NCBI GenBank assembly: GCA_001275005.1
Contig: JWZX01003246.1
Coordinates: 1 to 35,637, forward strand
Length of the DNA stretch: 35,637 bases
Direction of reading: 5' to 3'
From: Chrysochromulina tobinii
Taxonomy: Eukaryota
Both the position numbers and the translations under genes were made by a program. Under the pieces are notes generated by a model. That model was not told the origin of the DNA and made no database searches. It was given only the letters and a program-made list of their open reading frames with translations. Below, piece by piece: positions 20,609-30,700 of the stretch. The first letter of the stretch is position 1. Each line of letters starts with the position of its first letter.

Positions 20609-22879
20609 TCAGTGCGTGCCGAGCATGTCCGCGATCCCCTTCTTGCGCAGCGTCTCGTCGAACCGGTCTAACGCCTCCGCCTTGGCCCGCTCGGCGGCCA
20701 CGTTAGCCTGCGCTTGCTCGAACATGAAGCCGCGCTTCGCGCGCCGCTCTGCCACACGCGCGTTTATGTCGTCGAGCCACTTCTTGGCAGTGCGCTTCTG
20801 TTCGAGGTTGTTCTCGCGAATCTGGCGCTTCATTTCCGCCTCTTTCTCTGCAAACTGCTTCTTGCGGTCGCGCGAGCTGCCCGTGATCTCCTCCAGCCTC
20901 TTGGCCACCTCGGCCGTTGCCGCCTTCTGCTGCTGCTGACGCATCTCTTCTTCCTTCTTCTTGGCCTCCTCTTTCTTCTTGGCCTCAGCGAGCTCTTGCT
21001 CGAGCTTCTCTTTGCGCGCTATGAAGAGCTTGGTCGTCTCCGAGATCAGCGCCGCCTTCTGGTGAAGCGCTGGAAAGTCGGGCGGGTTCGAGCGTCCCAC
21101 GGGGGCCTGCGTGGCCAGGTACGGCCAGCGTTGCTCGGGCATCATGAGCGCGTCGCGCCGCATGTCCTGCTGCTCCATGTACCGCTTCATCTTGCGCTTC
21201 TCGTCGCGTCGCTCCTTGATCGGCGCCATGTCCATTCGGAAGGGCGCGGGCACTGTCGGCTGATACGAGCTGCGCTTGCGCGCCTGCCGCCGCTCGTCCT
21301 CGAGGTGCTTGCGCTTGAAGTATGCATCGTATCCCTCGGGAGGCTCGTCCGTGATGCGCGGCGTCAGCGTGAGCTCCTTATCGAGCTCCGCCTGGATGCG
21401 CTCCGCCTCGGCGGCCTTCCTGGCGCGCTCGGTCTCCTTGTGCAATTGCATGCGCGGCGGCAGTTTCGATTTGGCGAGCAGCCGGAGCGCGTCCTGCGCG
21501 CACTTTTCGCGCCGCTCAGACTCGCGGATCCGCATCATCTCCCAGCGCGGCTCCGACATCGAGCGAGGGACTTCCCTCGCCCTGTAAGGCCTTCGCGTGC
21601 CGACGTCCTCGGCCTCGGCTGCCTTGAACAGCATCTCGCCGTACGCGTCGTCGGCGTGGCCCTCGGTCGGGCTCGCTTTGCGCTCCGACCTCGATTGGAA
21701 GGAGAAGGGCTGCGGCACCGTCCGCCGCACCTGGCGCCGCTCGCGCGACTTCTCCTCCAGCATCTGCATCTGCTTCATGTACAGGCCAGGCTCGTTGGTC
21801 GCGGGCACCGGACGCGCCTTGTTCTCCTTACGAGCTTCCTCGAGCGCCTTGCGTTCCTCGGCGAGCTCGTTGCGCATCTTGCGCAGAGCAGCCGCGTCAT
21901 GCTTCGGCCGGTGCTCGAAGCTGAATGGGGTGGGCACCGTGATTCGCGGACGCTCCTTGGGCGCCGACGCGGGGCGCACCGGCATGCGCACCGGCAGCGA
22001 GGCGGACGCGCTCGTCGCGAGACTGGCGAGACGTTGCTGAGGACCTGGCGGCAGCGCACCCGACGCGCCTCCCCGAGTTGAGATCGATGCCCGTGCTGAG
22101 CTGCTGCCGCCATGGCCGCGGAATTCGCCTTGAGGGCGGGTCTCGTCGACGGCCAGTCGCTCCGCCACATAGCCGCTCCGCTGCGCGGCGCGAGCCTGCG
22201 CTTCGCGCGTCCGTTGCGCCGCCTCCTCGGCCGCCTCGCGGCGCGCCTGTGCCTCGCGCGCATACCGGGACGCTGCCACCGCCTCGGCGCGCGAAGCGGC
22301 CGCCTGCGCCATCTCGCGCCGTGCACCGCCCGGCCGATTCATGGGCATTGACTCGTCGATCGAGGCCGACGACGAGGGAAGCCGCGCCGAGTGACTGCCG
22401 CCGGCGGTGGCAGTGCTAGGAGCGGTGCTGTAGACAGCGGACGCAGATGGCATGGCCGGAGGCTCGTTGAGAAGTGGCCGTGAGAAGTTGGGCCGCGGCG
22501 GCATCGCAGGTGCGGAACCCCCAACGGCTGAGCGCGCCGCACTAGCCGCGCTGCCAATCCGATGACCAACGAGGCCGAGGTCGGGCTCCTCACTATAGAG
22601 CGGCGGTGCGGCGGCCACTGACGAGGTGTAGTAGGGCGGCCGTGGCGCAGGCTCATCGTCCTCACGAAGCACGCGGCCGAATCGGCGCATCGTCGCGGCA
22701 TGCTCCTCGTGCAATCGCGCGAGGTCATCGACGCTTGTGCCGAGTTGCGCAGCAGGGCCTCCAGGGCCGAGCAGCATCGGACCGGAATTCCGCTCGAGGG
22801 CATCGAGCTCTGCACGCAGGTGCGCAAGCGCCGACTCGGTGGCGCGCGCCCGATCGAGGGACGCATAGGGTTCATCCAT
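20609..22879 (-). CDS. FAM161: FAM161A/B-like centriolar microtubule-binding coiled-coil protein
   Basis: Repeated motifs ITVPTPFSF, KARPVP, TVPQPFSF, YRAREVP and TVPAPFRM within a charged coiled coil. First ATG is 22879 (MDEPYASL). Confidence 0.72.
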   Translation of the reverse strand: MDEPYASLDRARATESALAHLRAELDALERNSGPMLLGPGGPAAQLGTSVDDLARLHEEHAATMRRFGRVLREDDEPAPRPPYYTSSVAAAPPLYSEEPDLGLVGHRIGSAASAARSAVGGSAPAMPPRPNFSRPLLNEPPAMPSASAVYSTAPSTATAGGSHSARLPSSSASIDESMPMNRPGGARREMAQAAASRAEAVAASRYAREAQARREAAEEAAQRTREAQARAAQRSGYVAERLAVDETRPQGEFRGHGGSSSARASISTRGGASGALPPGPQQRLASLATSASASLPVRMPVRPASAPKERPRITVPTPFSFEHRPKHDAAALRKMRNELAEERKALEEARKENKARPVPATNEPGLYMKQMQMLEEKSRERRQVRRTVPQPFSFQSRSERKASPTEGHADDAYGEMLFKAAEAEDVGTRRPYRAREVPRSMSEPRWEMMRIRESERREKCAQDALRLLAKSKLPPRMQLHKETERARKAAEAERIQAELDKELTLTPRITDEPPEGYDAYFKRKHLEDERRQARKRSSYQPTVPAPFRMDMAPIKERRDEKRKMKRYMEQQDMRRDALMMPEQRWPYLATQAPVGRSNPPDFPALHQKAALISETTKLFIARKEKLEQELAEAKKKEEAKKKEEEMRQQQQKAATAEVAKRLEEITGSSRDRKKQFAEKEAEMKRQIRENNLEQKRTAKKWLDDINARVAERRAKRGFMFEQAQANVAAERAKAEALDRFDETLRKKGIADMLGTH

Positions 22880-22975
22880 GGCGAACAACGCCGCTAGCGG
22901 GAGGTTGCGCAGGAAAAGCGACGGTGGGGACAGGGGTGGGGAGTCGGCGGGTGAGCCGGGTCGCGGGAGTCCCCA

Positions 22976-23011
22976 CAAGTCAAGTCTGAAGACAAGTCAA
23001 GTCAAGTCAAG
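22976..23011. repeat. (CAAGT)n pentanucleotide microsatellite upstream of FAM161
   Basis: Sequence reads CAAGTCAAGTCTGAAGACAAGTCAAGTCAAGTCAAG. Confidence 0.8.
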
Positions 23012-23598
23012 CTTTAGACCACTCCCGTTCCCCTTCAAGCCGGCGCGCATGGGGAGGCGAGGCGCCGGCGAGGCGCCGGCGGGGCCGGGGGGCTGCCAGG
23101 GCCCCTCCAGGCGCAAGATCTAGGAATAATTGTTTAGAACCTGCCGGCTGATCACTCGCTGAAATCTTATACATGTACCAAACCAAACTCAACTACGTAG
23201 CTGCGTCGAGGTCAGAAACCCGGTTCCCCGTCCCGCCCACCGTGGTCGAGGTCGTGGACCCGTCTCGTCTTCTAGAGGACCGGACAGAGACGGATAGGGG
23301 CAGAGGGGCAGATACACACGCATTGCTCATCGTCTCACAGCGCATCATGAGTCCACGGCACACCATACGATGAATCCGTGGACTTCACGTCCACGAACTG
23401 CGATTCCGTCGAGCACGAAGCCCCCGAGGGCAGCTGGCCAACCAGCTGCCGTCGTGCCCTCCGAGGCCGCGCGAGACGCAGCCGCGCACACCAAGCGCGG
23501 ACAGCAAGCCTCAGGAGGGGGCCGGACGAGATGAACAAGGCACCGGGCAGCTCGCAAAACCAGCAGAGGGATCAGACCTCGGCCGGCCCCTGCGGCGC

Positions 23599-24095
23599 TC
23601 AGGCGACCTTGCCCGTGGACGGGTCGATGCGCTTGCCGTGCACGAGGCCCGTGGTCGGGTCCGTGCCCTGCGGGCGGCGGAAGAGCAGAATGTGCGGCTC
23701 CGGCCTGCGCAAGAGAGACGTGCACGGCAGCGAGGCGTCTGAGTGCAAGCCCGAGCGATCAGGGCAGGTAGAAGGCGTCGCGCGCGCGGGTCTCCGCGCA
23801 CCGGTGGATGGCGTAGTGCACCCAGCCGCGGCTCTGCTGCACGCCGAGGCCGCGCCACTCGCTCTCCGATAGCAGGCGACCCTTGGGCGCGCCTTTGGAG
23901 ACGTGCTTGGGCAGGATCACGTGGCTGCGCGCGCGGCACAGGCGAGCAGTGGTCAGACATCCAGAGTGATTGCTGTTGGGCGTAAGCGGCAGGTGCGCGC
24001 ATCGTCAGGCCTGGGAAAATGGAAAAAGGCGCGCACCGGTACTCGAAGTCATCGTCGAAGTACTTCTCGCTGTACTCGATGTCCTGTGACGCCAT
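23599..24095 (-). CDS. CKS1: Cyclin-dependent kinase regulatory subunit (Cks1/Suc1); exons 24095-24037, 23924-23802, 23704-23599
   Basis: Spliced product [72 protein letters not shown]. Introns 24036-23925 (112 bp) and 23801-23705 (97 bp) are both GT..AG, phase 2. Confidence 0.95.
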
Positions 24096-24541
24096 GATGC
24101 CTGCGCGCGAGCAACGAGCACAGGTACAGGAGAGTGAGCGCTTGCCTGCGGCTGAGATGCATTCGCAGCGTGGCAGAGCTCGTTGGCAGAGCCGGACGCG
24201 CTGGGGACGCGGCCGGTAGGCGGGTGCAGATGTATGCGTGCGATGGTCAGGCTCCCGCAACGCAGGCGCGAGCCTCCGTGGGCATGGCGCGCGCGACAGA
24301 GCGCCACGCCAGGACTGGTGACCTGAGGGTTTGCGGCGGCTTGAAGGGGGCGGCGGCGGCAGGGCGCTCAGATGAGCAATCGTTTCCACACCAAACGGTT
24401 CGAGAGGAACCTTCCCGCAGTAACGCAATCACTCGGAATGGAACTAACGCAGTGCATATGCGCGCGCTGTATTGAGCGAACGCTCGGATTTCTTTTTTGC
24501 GCCTGCACGGGGCCGTCCACTCCTCGTCTCCGGTCGCCCAA

Positions 24542-27500
24542 ATGCCGCCAGCCGGCCGGCGTCTGCGCGGGGGCTGGGAGCAGCTCGAGGACGCGCATGG
24601 CAACGCCTACTACTACCACAAGGTTTCCAAGACGACCACGTGGGAGCTGCCCGAAATGCTCCGCCCAAAGGCGAAAACGACAGCCGCAGTCACAGCCATT
24701 GCTGGCGCGCAGCTGCCTACGCAAAAGTGGCGCGAGTTCACGACTGCATCGGGGCAGCGGTATTTCTTTAATAATGAGACTCGACAGACGACGTGGCAGC
24801 TGCCCGTTGAGCTCGGCGGAGAAGAACCCGCAGGCATCACAGACGCGGCGGCAGCGGCAGCGGCCGCGGCCGCTGCCGCCGCCAGTGCAGCCACTGCGGC
24901 AGCGTCAGCCGCTCTCGAGTTCTTCCGGCCACTCTTTGGTACGCATGATGCAGAGGGGGGTACTTCCTCCGCGCCGGATCCACAACCGCAGTCGTCGCCG
25001 CCTAAGCAGCAGCAGCCGCAGCAGCCGCAGCAGCACTCGTCGCCGCCAAGGCAGCAGCAGCAGCACTCGTCGCCGCCAAGACAGCAGCAGCAGCAGCAGC
25101 AGCAGCACACCAAAGCTGCCAAGCCCAAACGGCCTCCCGCCGCCACCGCTGCCACAGCCACTCCTTCCAAGCGGCGCCCGGTCGCTGCGTCCTCGTCCAT
25201 CTCTACTCCGGCGGCGCCGGCGGTGCCAGCCGCATCCATCGCTGCCTCCGCACCATCGTCGAGCGGCGCGGCGGCGAACGCTTCGAAGCCACGCTTAACC
25301 ACGCCCGTGGCAACGCCCAAGCAGGTATCGGCGCCCGTCACGGGCCCTGGCATGAATCTTTCTCTCAGGCGTGCGCCCAGCCCCAGGCCAGGAAGCCCCA
25401 GACGACCGAGCCCTCCGCCGAGCCATCGGCAGAGTACACGCCCGGGCCGGCCTCCATTGACCAGCGCCGCTCCGGAAGCACCAGTGCCAGCTCCGATGCC
25501 ACCTCTGCCATCCCTGCCGAATATCGGCAGCAGCAGCAGCCGACACACGACGGCGAGCGAGAACCCGTGTTGTCAATTAGTAGGCGATGGTTCGACGACG
25601 GCCTCCGCCGCGCCGGCCACCATCGAACCGCCTGTGGAGGAGCCCGCCAAGCCCGACGCGGCGCCCGCCATGCTCGCCAGACTGGCTCCGCGGGCCGTCG
25701 CCTGCGCGTACGCGACGCGCCTCAATGCTCTCTTCGGCCTTCGCCACTCGGTGCTCTCGCTGCTCTTCGACACGATGCCGGCCGAGATGGCTGTGAGTAT
25801 CGACGCAAAGCATGACGGGTGCACAATCAGCGCGCTCCAGCTGCCGCGCGTCGTCGAGGTGCTCAGCCTGAGGCGGCCGAGCTCTGGCAAGGTGACAGAG
25901 GGCAAGGTGCTGGACATCAAGGTACTGCCGGGAGACGAGCTGCGCTTGCGCGGGCCAGCACACGCGCTCGCCACGCTCGCCACGCTCAAGAACGGCAAGC
26001 CGCTGCTTGACAGCAAGCGTGCGCGCGAGCAGCTCAGCACAACGTTGAAGACTGAGCGCCAGTTACTCATCATCGCAGCTGAGGACCTGCAACGCCGGCT
26101 GTTACCGCACGCCCTCCGACACATCGCCAAGCGTCGGTTGAATGAGAAGCAGCGCAGGGCATCCATGAAGCTCCAAGCGCTCCGCCGTGGCCAGCTCGCC
26201 CGCCGAAGCACCGGCCAGGTGGATCGGGTGCGCCAGACTCGGCGCAAGGTGGGCGCCATGCGCGCGAAACGGCTCGTGGCAGCCCTGAAGGCGCTCCAGC
26301 TCGCGAGCGGCGCCGGAAAGGGCCGGGGCGGCGACGGGGCAGCGTACAAGCCAGCCGGCGAGGAGCGTGAGTGGAAGACGCGTGCGCAGCTTGCACACGA
26401 GCGCACCGTCATGCAGCGCTTCGCAAAGCAGAGTGCCCTCGCCAGGGCCCATACTGCCAGCCTCAACAAGACGCTCGCAGCGGCGCCCGAGGCGACCGCC
26501 GTAGGCTCAGCGCTCGTTGGCAAGCTGCCGCTCACGCCCCTCACAGCGCTCTTCGCCATCGGCCTCGGCAAGGGCGGCAGCGACGGGCGCAGGCGCGCCG
26601 GTAGCGGGGGAGTTACAGGCGTCGTCGAGCTCAGCGCTGTCGTTGATAAGGGCGTGCCGGCGGGCGGAACGCTCGGCGGTAGCATCCGGCTGCCTCCTGG
26701 AGTGGCTGCCGTCCGAGTCGTCACCGCCACAGCGACACCGTACGCATCCGCAGGCCTCGCGACGACTGCGCCGCTGCCTTCAAACACCAAGGTGCAGAGC
26801 GCTGACCTTGTCACACTACGCGGGGCGCCGCATCTCATCGCCGGTCTCACCGAATGCCGCGCCGGGAAGCTTTTGCTTCTGACCGCGGCGCCGGCGCGCG
26901 CCGCGCGCGCCAGCATCCTGCGCCATGAGCGCTTCTCACTCCTCGCCTCGGCAGAGCGCCTCGCTCGGCGTGTGCAGCGCCTCGTCCGTCGACGCATAAA
27001 GGAGGCTCAGGCAGTGCGCGAGGCGGACGCGGCACTCCGGGTGCAGATCGCCTTTCTGGAGCATTGGTCTCGCATGCACGGTGCCGCCCCTAGGCCGCCA
27101 TCCATGCATGGAAGTCGGGGCAAGCCCTCGATGCCGACGGCATCCCCGCGGGCCGCTCCTCGGCGCACGCCGGTGGCCCCGCCTCCAGTGCCGCCGCTCG
27201 CCCCTGCGACCACGTCGTCGTCGAGGAGCAGCTCAACCCTCGCATCGCCATCACAGCAGCATCCGACAGGTGGCGCCGCAAGCAACTGCGGCGGGGGCAG
27301 CAGCACGAGACCTTCGGAGCTCGGGACGCCAACGAGGCCGTGCCCCAACTCAGGTCGCCGGCCGCAGCCTGCGCTCGCAGCCAACGCCACGCGTGCTTCG
27401 TGGCAAAGTCCCCTTGCGAGCGGCAAAGTCGCATGCAGCGATCTCTTTGAGCGCCAGCCGTACGTACGTGCGGCAGCGCCGAAAGCAGCGCCGCTGCCGC

Positions 27501-27559
27501 CACCCCCACAACCACGTCGATCGCACCTTGAGATGTTGCGCGAGCGCATCAACAGGTAA
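24542..27559 (+). CDS. Tandem WW-domain protein with two RCK_C(TrkA-C)-like repeats and IQ-like motifs
   Basis: WW1 GWEQLEDAHGNAYYYHKVSKTTTWELP and WW2 KWREFTTASGQRYFFNNETRQTTWQLP. IQ-like motif ASMKLQALRRGQLARR. Internal duplication KVLPGDELRLRG / KVQSADLVTLRG. Confidence 0.75.
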   Translation: MPPAGRRLRGGWEQLEDAHGNAYYYHKVSKTTTWELPEMLRPKAKTTAAVTAIAGAQLPTQKWREFTTASGQRYFFNNETRQTTWQLPVELGGEEPAGITDAAAAAAAAAAAAASAATAAASAALEFFRPLFGTHDAEGGTSSAPDPQPQSSPPKQQQPQQPQQHSSPPRQQQQHSSPPRQQQQQQQQHTKAAKPKRPPAATAATATPSKRRPVAASSSISTPAAPAVPAASIAASAPSSSGAAANASKPRLTTPVATPKQVSAPVTGPGMNLSLRRAPSPRPGSPRRPSPPPSHRQSTRPGRPPLTSAAPEAPVPAPMPPLPSLPNIGSSSSRHTTASENPCCQLVGDGSTTASAAPATIEPPVEEPAKPDAAPAMLARLAPRAVACAYATRLNALFGLRHSVLSLLFDTMPAEMAVSIDAKHDGCTISALQLPRVVEVLSLRRPSSGKVTEGKVLDIKVLPGDELRLRGPAHALATLATLKNGKPLLDSKRAREQLSTTLKTERQLLIIAAEDLQRRLLPHALRHIAKRRLNEKQRRASMKLQALRRGQLARRSTGQVDRVRQTRRKVGAMRAKRLVAALKALQLASGAGKGRGGDGAAYKPAGEEREWKTRAQLAHERTVMQRFAKQSALARAHTASLNKTLAAAPEATAVGSALVGKLPLTPLTALFAIGLGKGGSDGRRRAGSGGVTGVVELSAVVDKGVPAGGTLGGSIRLPPGVAAVRVVTATATPYASAGLATTAPLPSNTKVQSADLVTLRGAPHLIAGLTECRAGKLLLLTAAPARAARASILRHERFSLLASAERLARRVQRLVRRRIKEAQAVREADAALRVQIAFLEHWSRMHGAAPRPPSMHGSRGKPSMPTASPRAAPRRTPVAPPPVPPLAPATTSSSRSSSTLASPSQQHPTGGAASNCGGGSSTRPSELGTPTRPCPNSGRRPQPALAANATRASWQSPLASGKVACSDLFERQPYVRAAAPKAAPLPPPPQPRRSHLEMLRERINR

Positions 27560-27711
27560 AGATCGGATTGGTACTACATGGTGCTAAAAGAGTTCCTGGA
27601 CGAGAGGCGAAGTGGGAGGGGTGGAGATGTTTGAAAAGCTGTTCACAGTCTACGTTCACATTCCGTTCACAGACTCAAAGCGCCCGTCGGGCTGGCTAAC
27701 ACTTGGCCTCC

Positions 27712-30700
27712 ATGGGCATCAGAGGCCTCGCCGCGTGGCTCGAGGAGCATGCCGCAGCCGTAAACAACGTGCAGACTCTGACGCGCGGCGGCATGCTGCT
27801 CATTGATGGATGCGGATTCGCGTATCATCTTCTGCATCTTCTGCCGGCCACGGCACGCTTGAGTGACTACACTGCGCTGCACGATGCGACGATCTTGGCC
27901 GTGGCGGCACTTCGAGCATGCGGCCTGTCGTTGCGCGTATACATAGACGGCCGCGCGACGCGCCTCAAGCGCCGCACCCTCGAGCATCGCAAACTCCGAC
28001 GAGCAGACTGTTGGGAGGGACTCATGGCTGCATGTCTTGATGGGCGACAGATCGCAGCGAGCGAGTATCCGGAGCCGATGTTGCTCCAACAGCAAGTGGA
28101 AGCCAGCCTGGTCGAAGCGAGCGTGCCTATTGTTCACTGCGAGGGCGAGGCCGACGCAGAGCTCGCTCGTGACTGTGCTGGCAGCAGCAGCTGGGCTTGG
28201 GTACTTGGCGATGATACCGACTTTCTCATCTACGCAGGCGTGCGGTGCATTCGCTTCTGTGACCTGGTGGCTCAGCCCATGGGTGATTTTGTTTCGGTGC
28301 CAGCCTGCTCGGCTCCCTGGCCGCTGCTCGGCTGCAGCGCCGGCTCGATCTCGCGGCTCGATCTCGCGGCGAGTGCTCGTGTTTGGGATCGCGCCCTCTT
28401 GATGCAGCTGAGCGAGCTGCCGGACGAGCAGGCCGTGGTAGAGTGGGCACTGCTGGGCGGCAACGATCATACGAGTGGCTTAGACTGGGGAATTCTTGGC
28501 GAACCGTTCGGCGAGAATGCGCACGAGCTTAGCGAGGACGATGGTGAAGGGGGCGGCGAGGGCGGCGGCGGCGACGGGGGTGGCGACGGTGGTGGTGGTG
28601 AAGGCGGTGGTGCTGGTGGTGGTGGTGCGTTCTCATCTGCGGCGGCGCGCCTGGAGCTCATCCGGAAGTGCATGATGCGTCGCCTAGATCTGTCTCACGA
28701 ACCAGGCGAGGGCGAGGACCATCAGGACGGTGGCGAGCGCAGGCTGCCTGCCTTGCTGCCTGCGCGCTCGCCGTCGTCCAGGCGACCGACCTTGGTTGAA
28801 CGGCTGCCCGTGTCCGCTGTCGAGCTTTCTGAGGCCGTCCGCTTCTCGCAGGCGCTGTATGAGCATGCGGACACCTCCATGTTCCCGCTCGATCGTGCGC
28901 ACGAGGAGGCGAGCGTGGAGGTCGTCATTCCTGCAGGCTGTGCCGAGTCCGTCGGGGAAGTGGCTCTGGCTGAACTCGCCCGAGGCGGCGGCCTGATCCA
29001 CGTACACCGATCAGACGGCTCCAACCAGCCGGCTTTGGGGACGAGGCATGGCGAGGCGAGGTGTGATCCCGTGCATTTGCGTGCGCTGCGCCGTCTCCTC
29101 GACGGCGAGCGCTGCAATGCCGCGACCATGGGCGACGTGGGTACAACCCGTAATCTGCTGCCTCGTCTAGCGTGGGCGGACGTGCTCGTTGGACGGCGGT
29201 TTGAGGCCGCCTGCCGCGAGCTTCTCAAATCTGGCCTGTTTCCGCGCGTCGCACCCAAAGACATCTTTGATGGCCTCAGCTTTCACCGACTTTGCGCGCT
29301 CGAGCGTCAGACCGCTCATGAAGCAGCGGCACAGCCGCCGACGCTGCTGCCGCCAGCTCAACCGTTGCCGCGATCGTCGGAGAAACACCTCCAAGTGGAC
29401 GCAAACGTCCGCGAGCACCGCCAGAGAATCGCCCCATGCACTGCCTCACCCATCGGGCCATCACCGGACCCCTCGAGCTTGCCCTTGCCCTCCGCTAGTC
29501 TGCTGCTGCTGTTCAACACAAGGCGCACTAGTCTCTCGGACGGCTCGCCTCGACGCCGCTCACCGCCGCCCGTCGCAGCCGCCGCATCATCATCTCCTTT
29601 GGCGTCCCTTGAAGTCGTCTCGCCATCCCGAGCGGTGGCCTTGCCTCGTTTGGCGTCCCCTCGCTTACAGCCTCTGCAAGCGATCGCTCATCGAAAGCCG
29701 AAGGCGATGGGCACGCAAGCAAGCTGCTCAGGCATTCCCCCAGCCGATGCGAGTCTCAGTGCCAGCCTGAGCGGTCGTCGCGAGGGCTTTGGCCCTTGCG
29801 TGCATTGCGGGCGCAGTCGACATGGTGAGTACGACGACGATGATGCCGCCACGCCGCTGTACTGCTTGGTGTGCTGGAAGGCATACGATGCCGACTGGAC
29901 GGCGCCCGCGTCGCCCTCAGCGCCTGCAACGGCCTTGTCAGCAGCCGCATCACCTCCTGGCCAATCATCGGCCCTGCCCGTGGATCAGTTCGAGGCCGAT
30001 GTGATTCGCTCTTCGGCCAACCATCGAGTGGCGATCATCACGGGGGAGACAGGATGCGGGAAGTCGAGTCGTGTGCCCATGATGCTGCTGCAAGCAAGCG
30101 GTGGCGGCCTGGGCACGGGGCTCATCTTCGTCGCACAGCCCCGGCGCATCGCCGCATATTCGCTCTACACGCGCGCCGTCTCCATGGGCTATGGCGACAT
30201 CGTCGGGCTGCGGATGGGGCAGGACACGCGTGTAGAGGGCCCTAAGACGCGCCTATTCTACGTGACGACTGGCTACCTCGCACGGATGGCTAGCCACCAT
30301 CCGGAGGCCTTCGAGCGCGTCTCACATTTGATCCTTGACGAGTGCCATGAACGCTCCATCGAGGCCGATGTGCTCTGCGTGATGGCACGCCAGTTGCTGC
30401 GCCGTTTCCGCACCCTGCGTGTGGTACTCATGTCCGCGACCGTCCACACGGAAATGTACGTAAAGTACTTCGCGGCGCAGCTACATGCGTCGGCCGTCAG
30501 CCGCCCCCTGCACGTAGGGGGTGCTCGCTTCCCCATCACTGTCCAGTACCTCGATGCCGTGCAGGAGATGGTAGCTCTGCCCGACCGGCTTCGAAAGGCG
30601 GCGGGCAAGCTCGCCACCAAAATCGACGGGCTCTCCGCGTTGCCCGCCGCCGAGATTCGCACCTCGCACTCGTCGGCCATCGCAGGGCTCCAACTCGAGC

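Noticed and set aside
23511..24428. 305-aa ORF containing only the first CKS exon
   Set aside because: It is read-through of introns and UTR; the spliced three-exon model gives a complete Cks1.
25573..26997. Long antisense and alternative-frame ORFs here and over other genes (e.g. 20714-22081, 2752-3819)
   Set aside because: These are shadow ORFs from high GC and codon bias opposite genuine genes, with no recognisable motifs.
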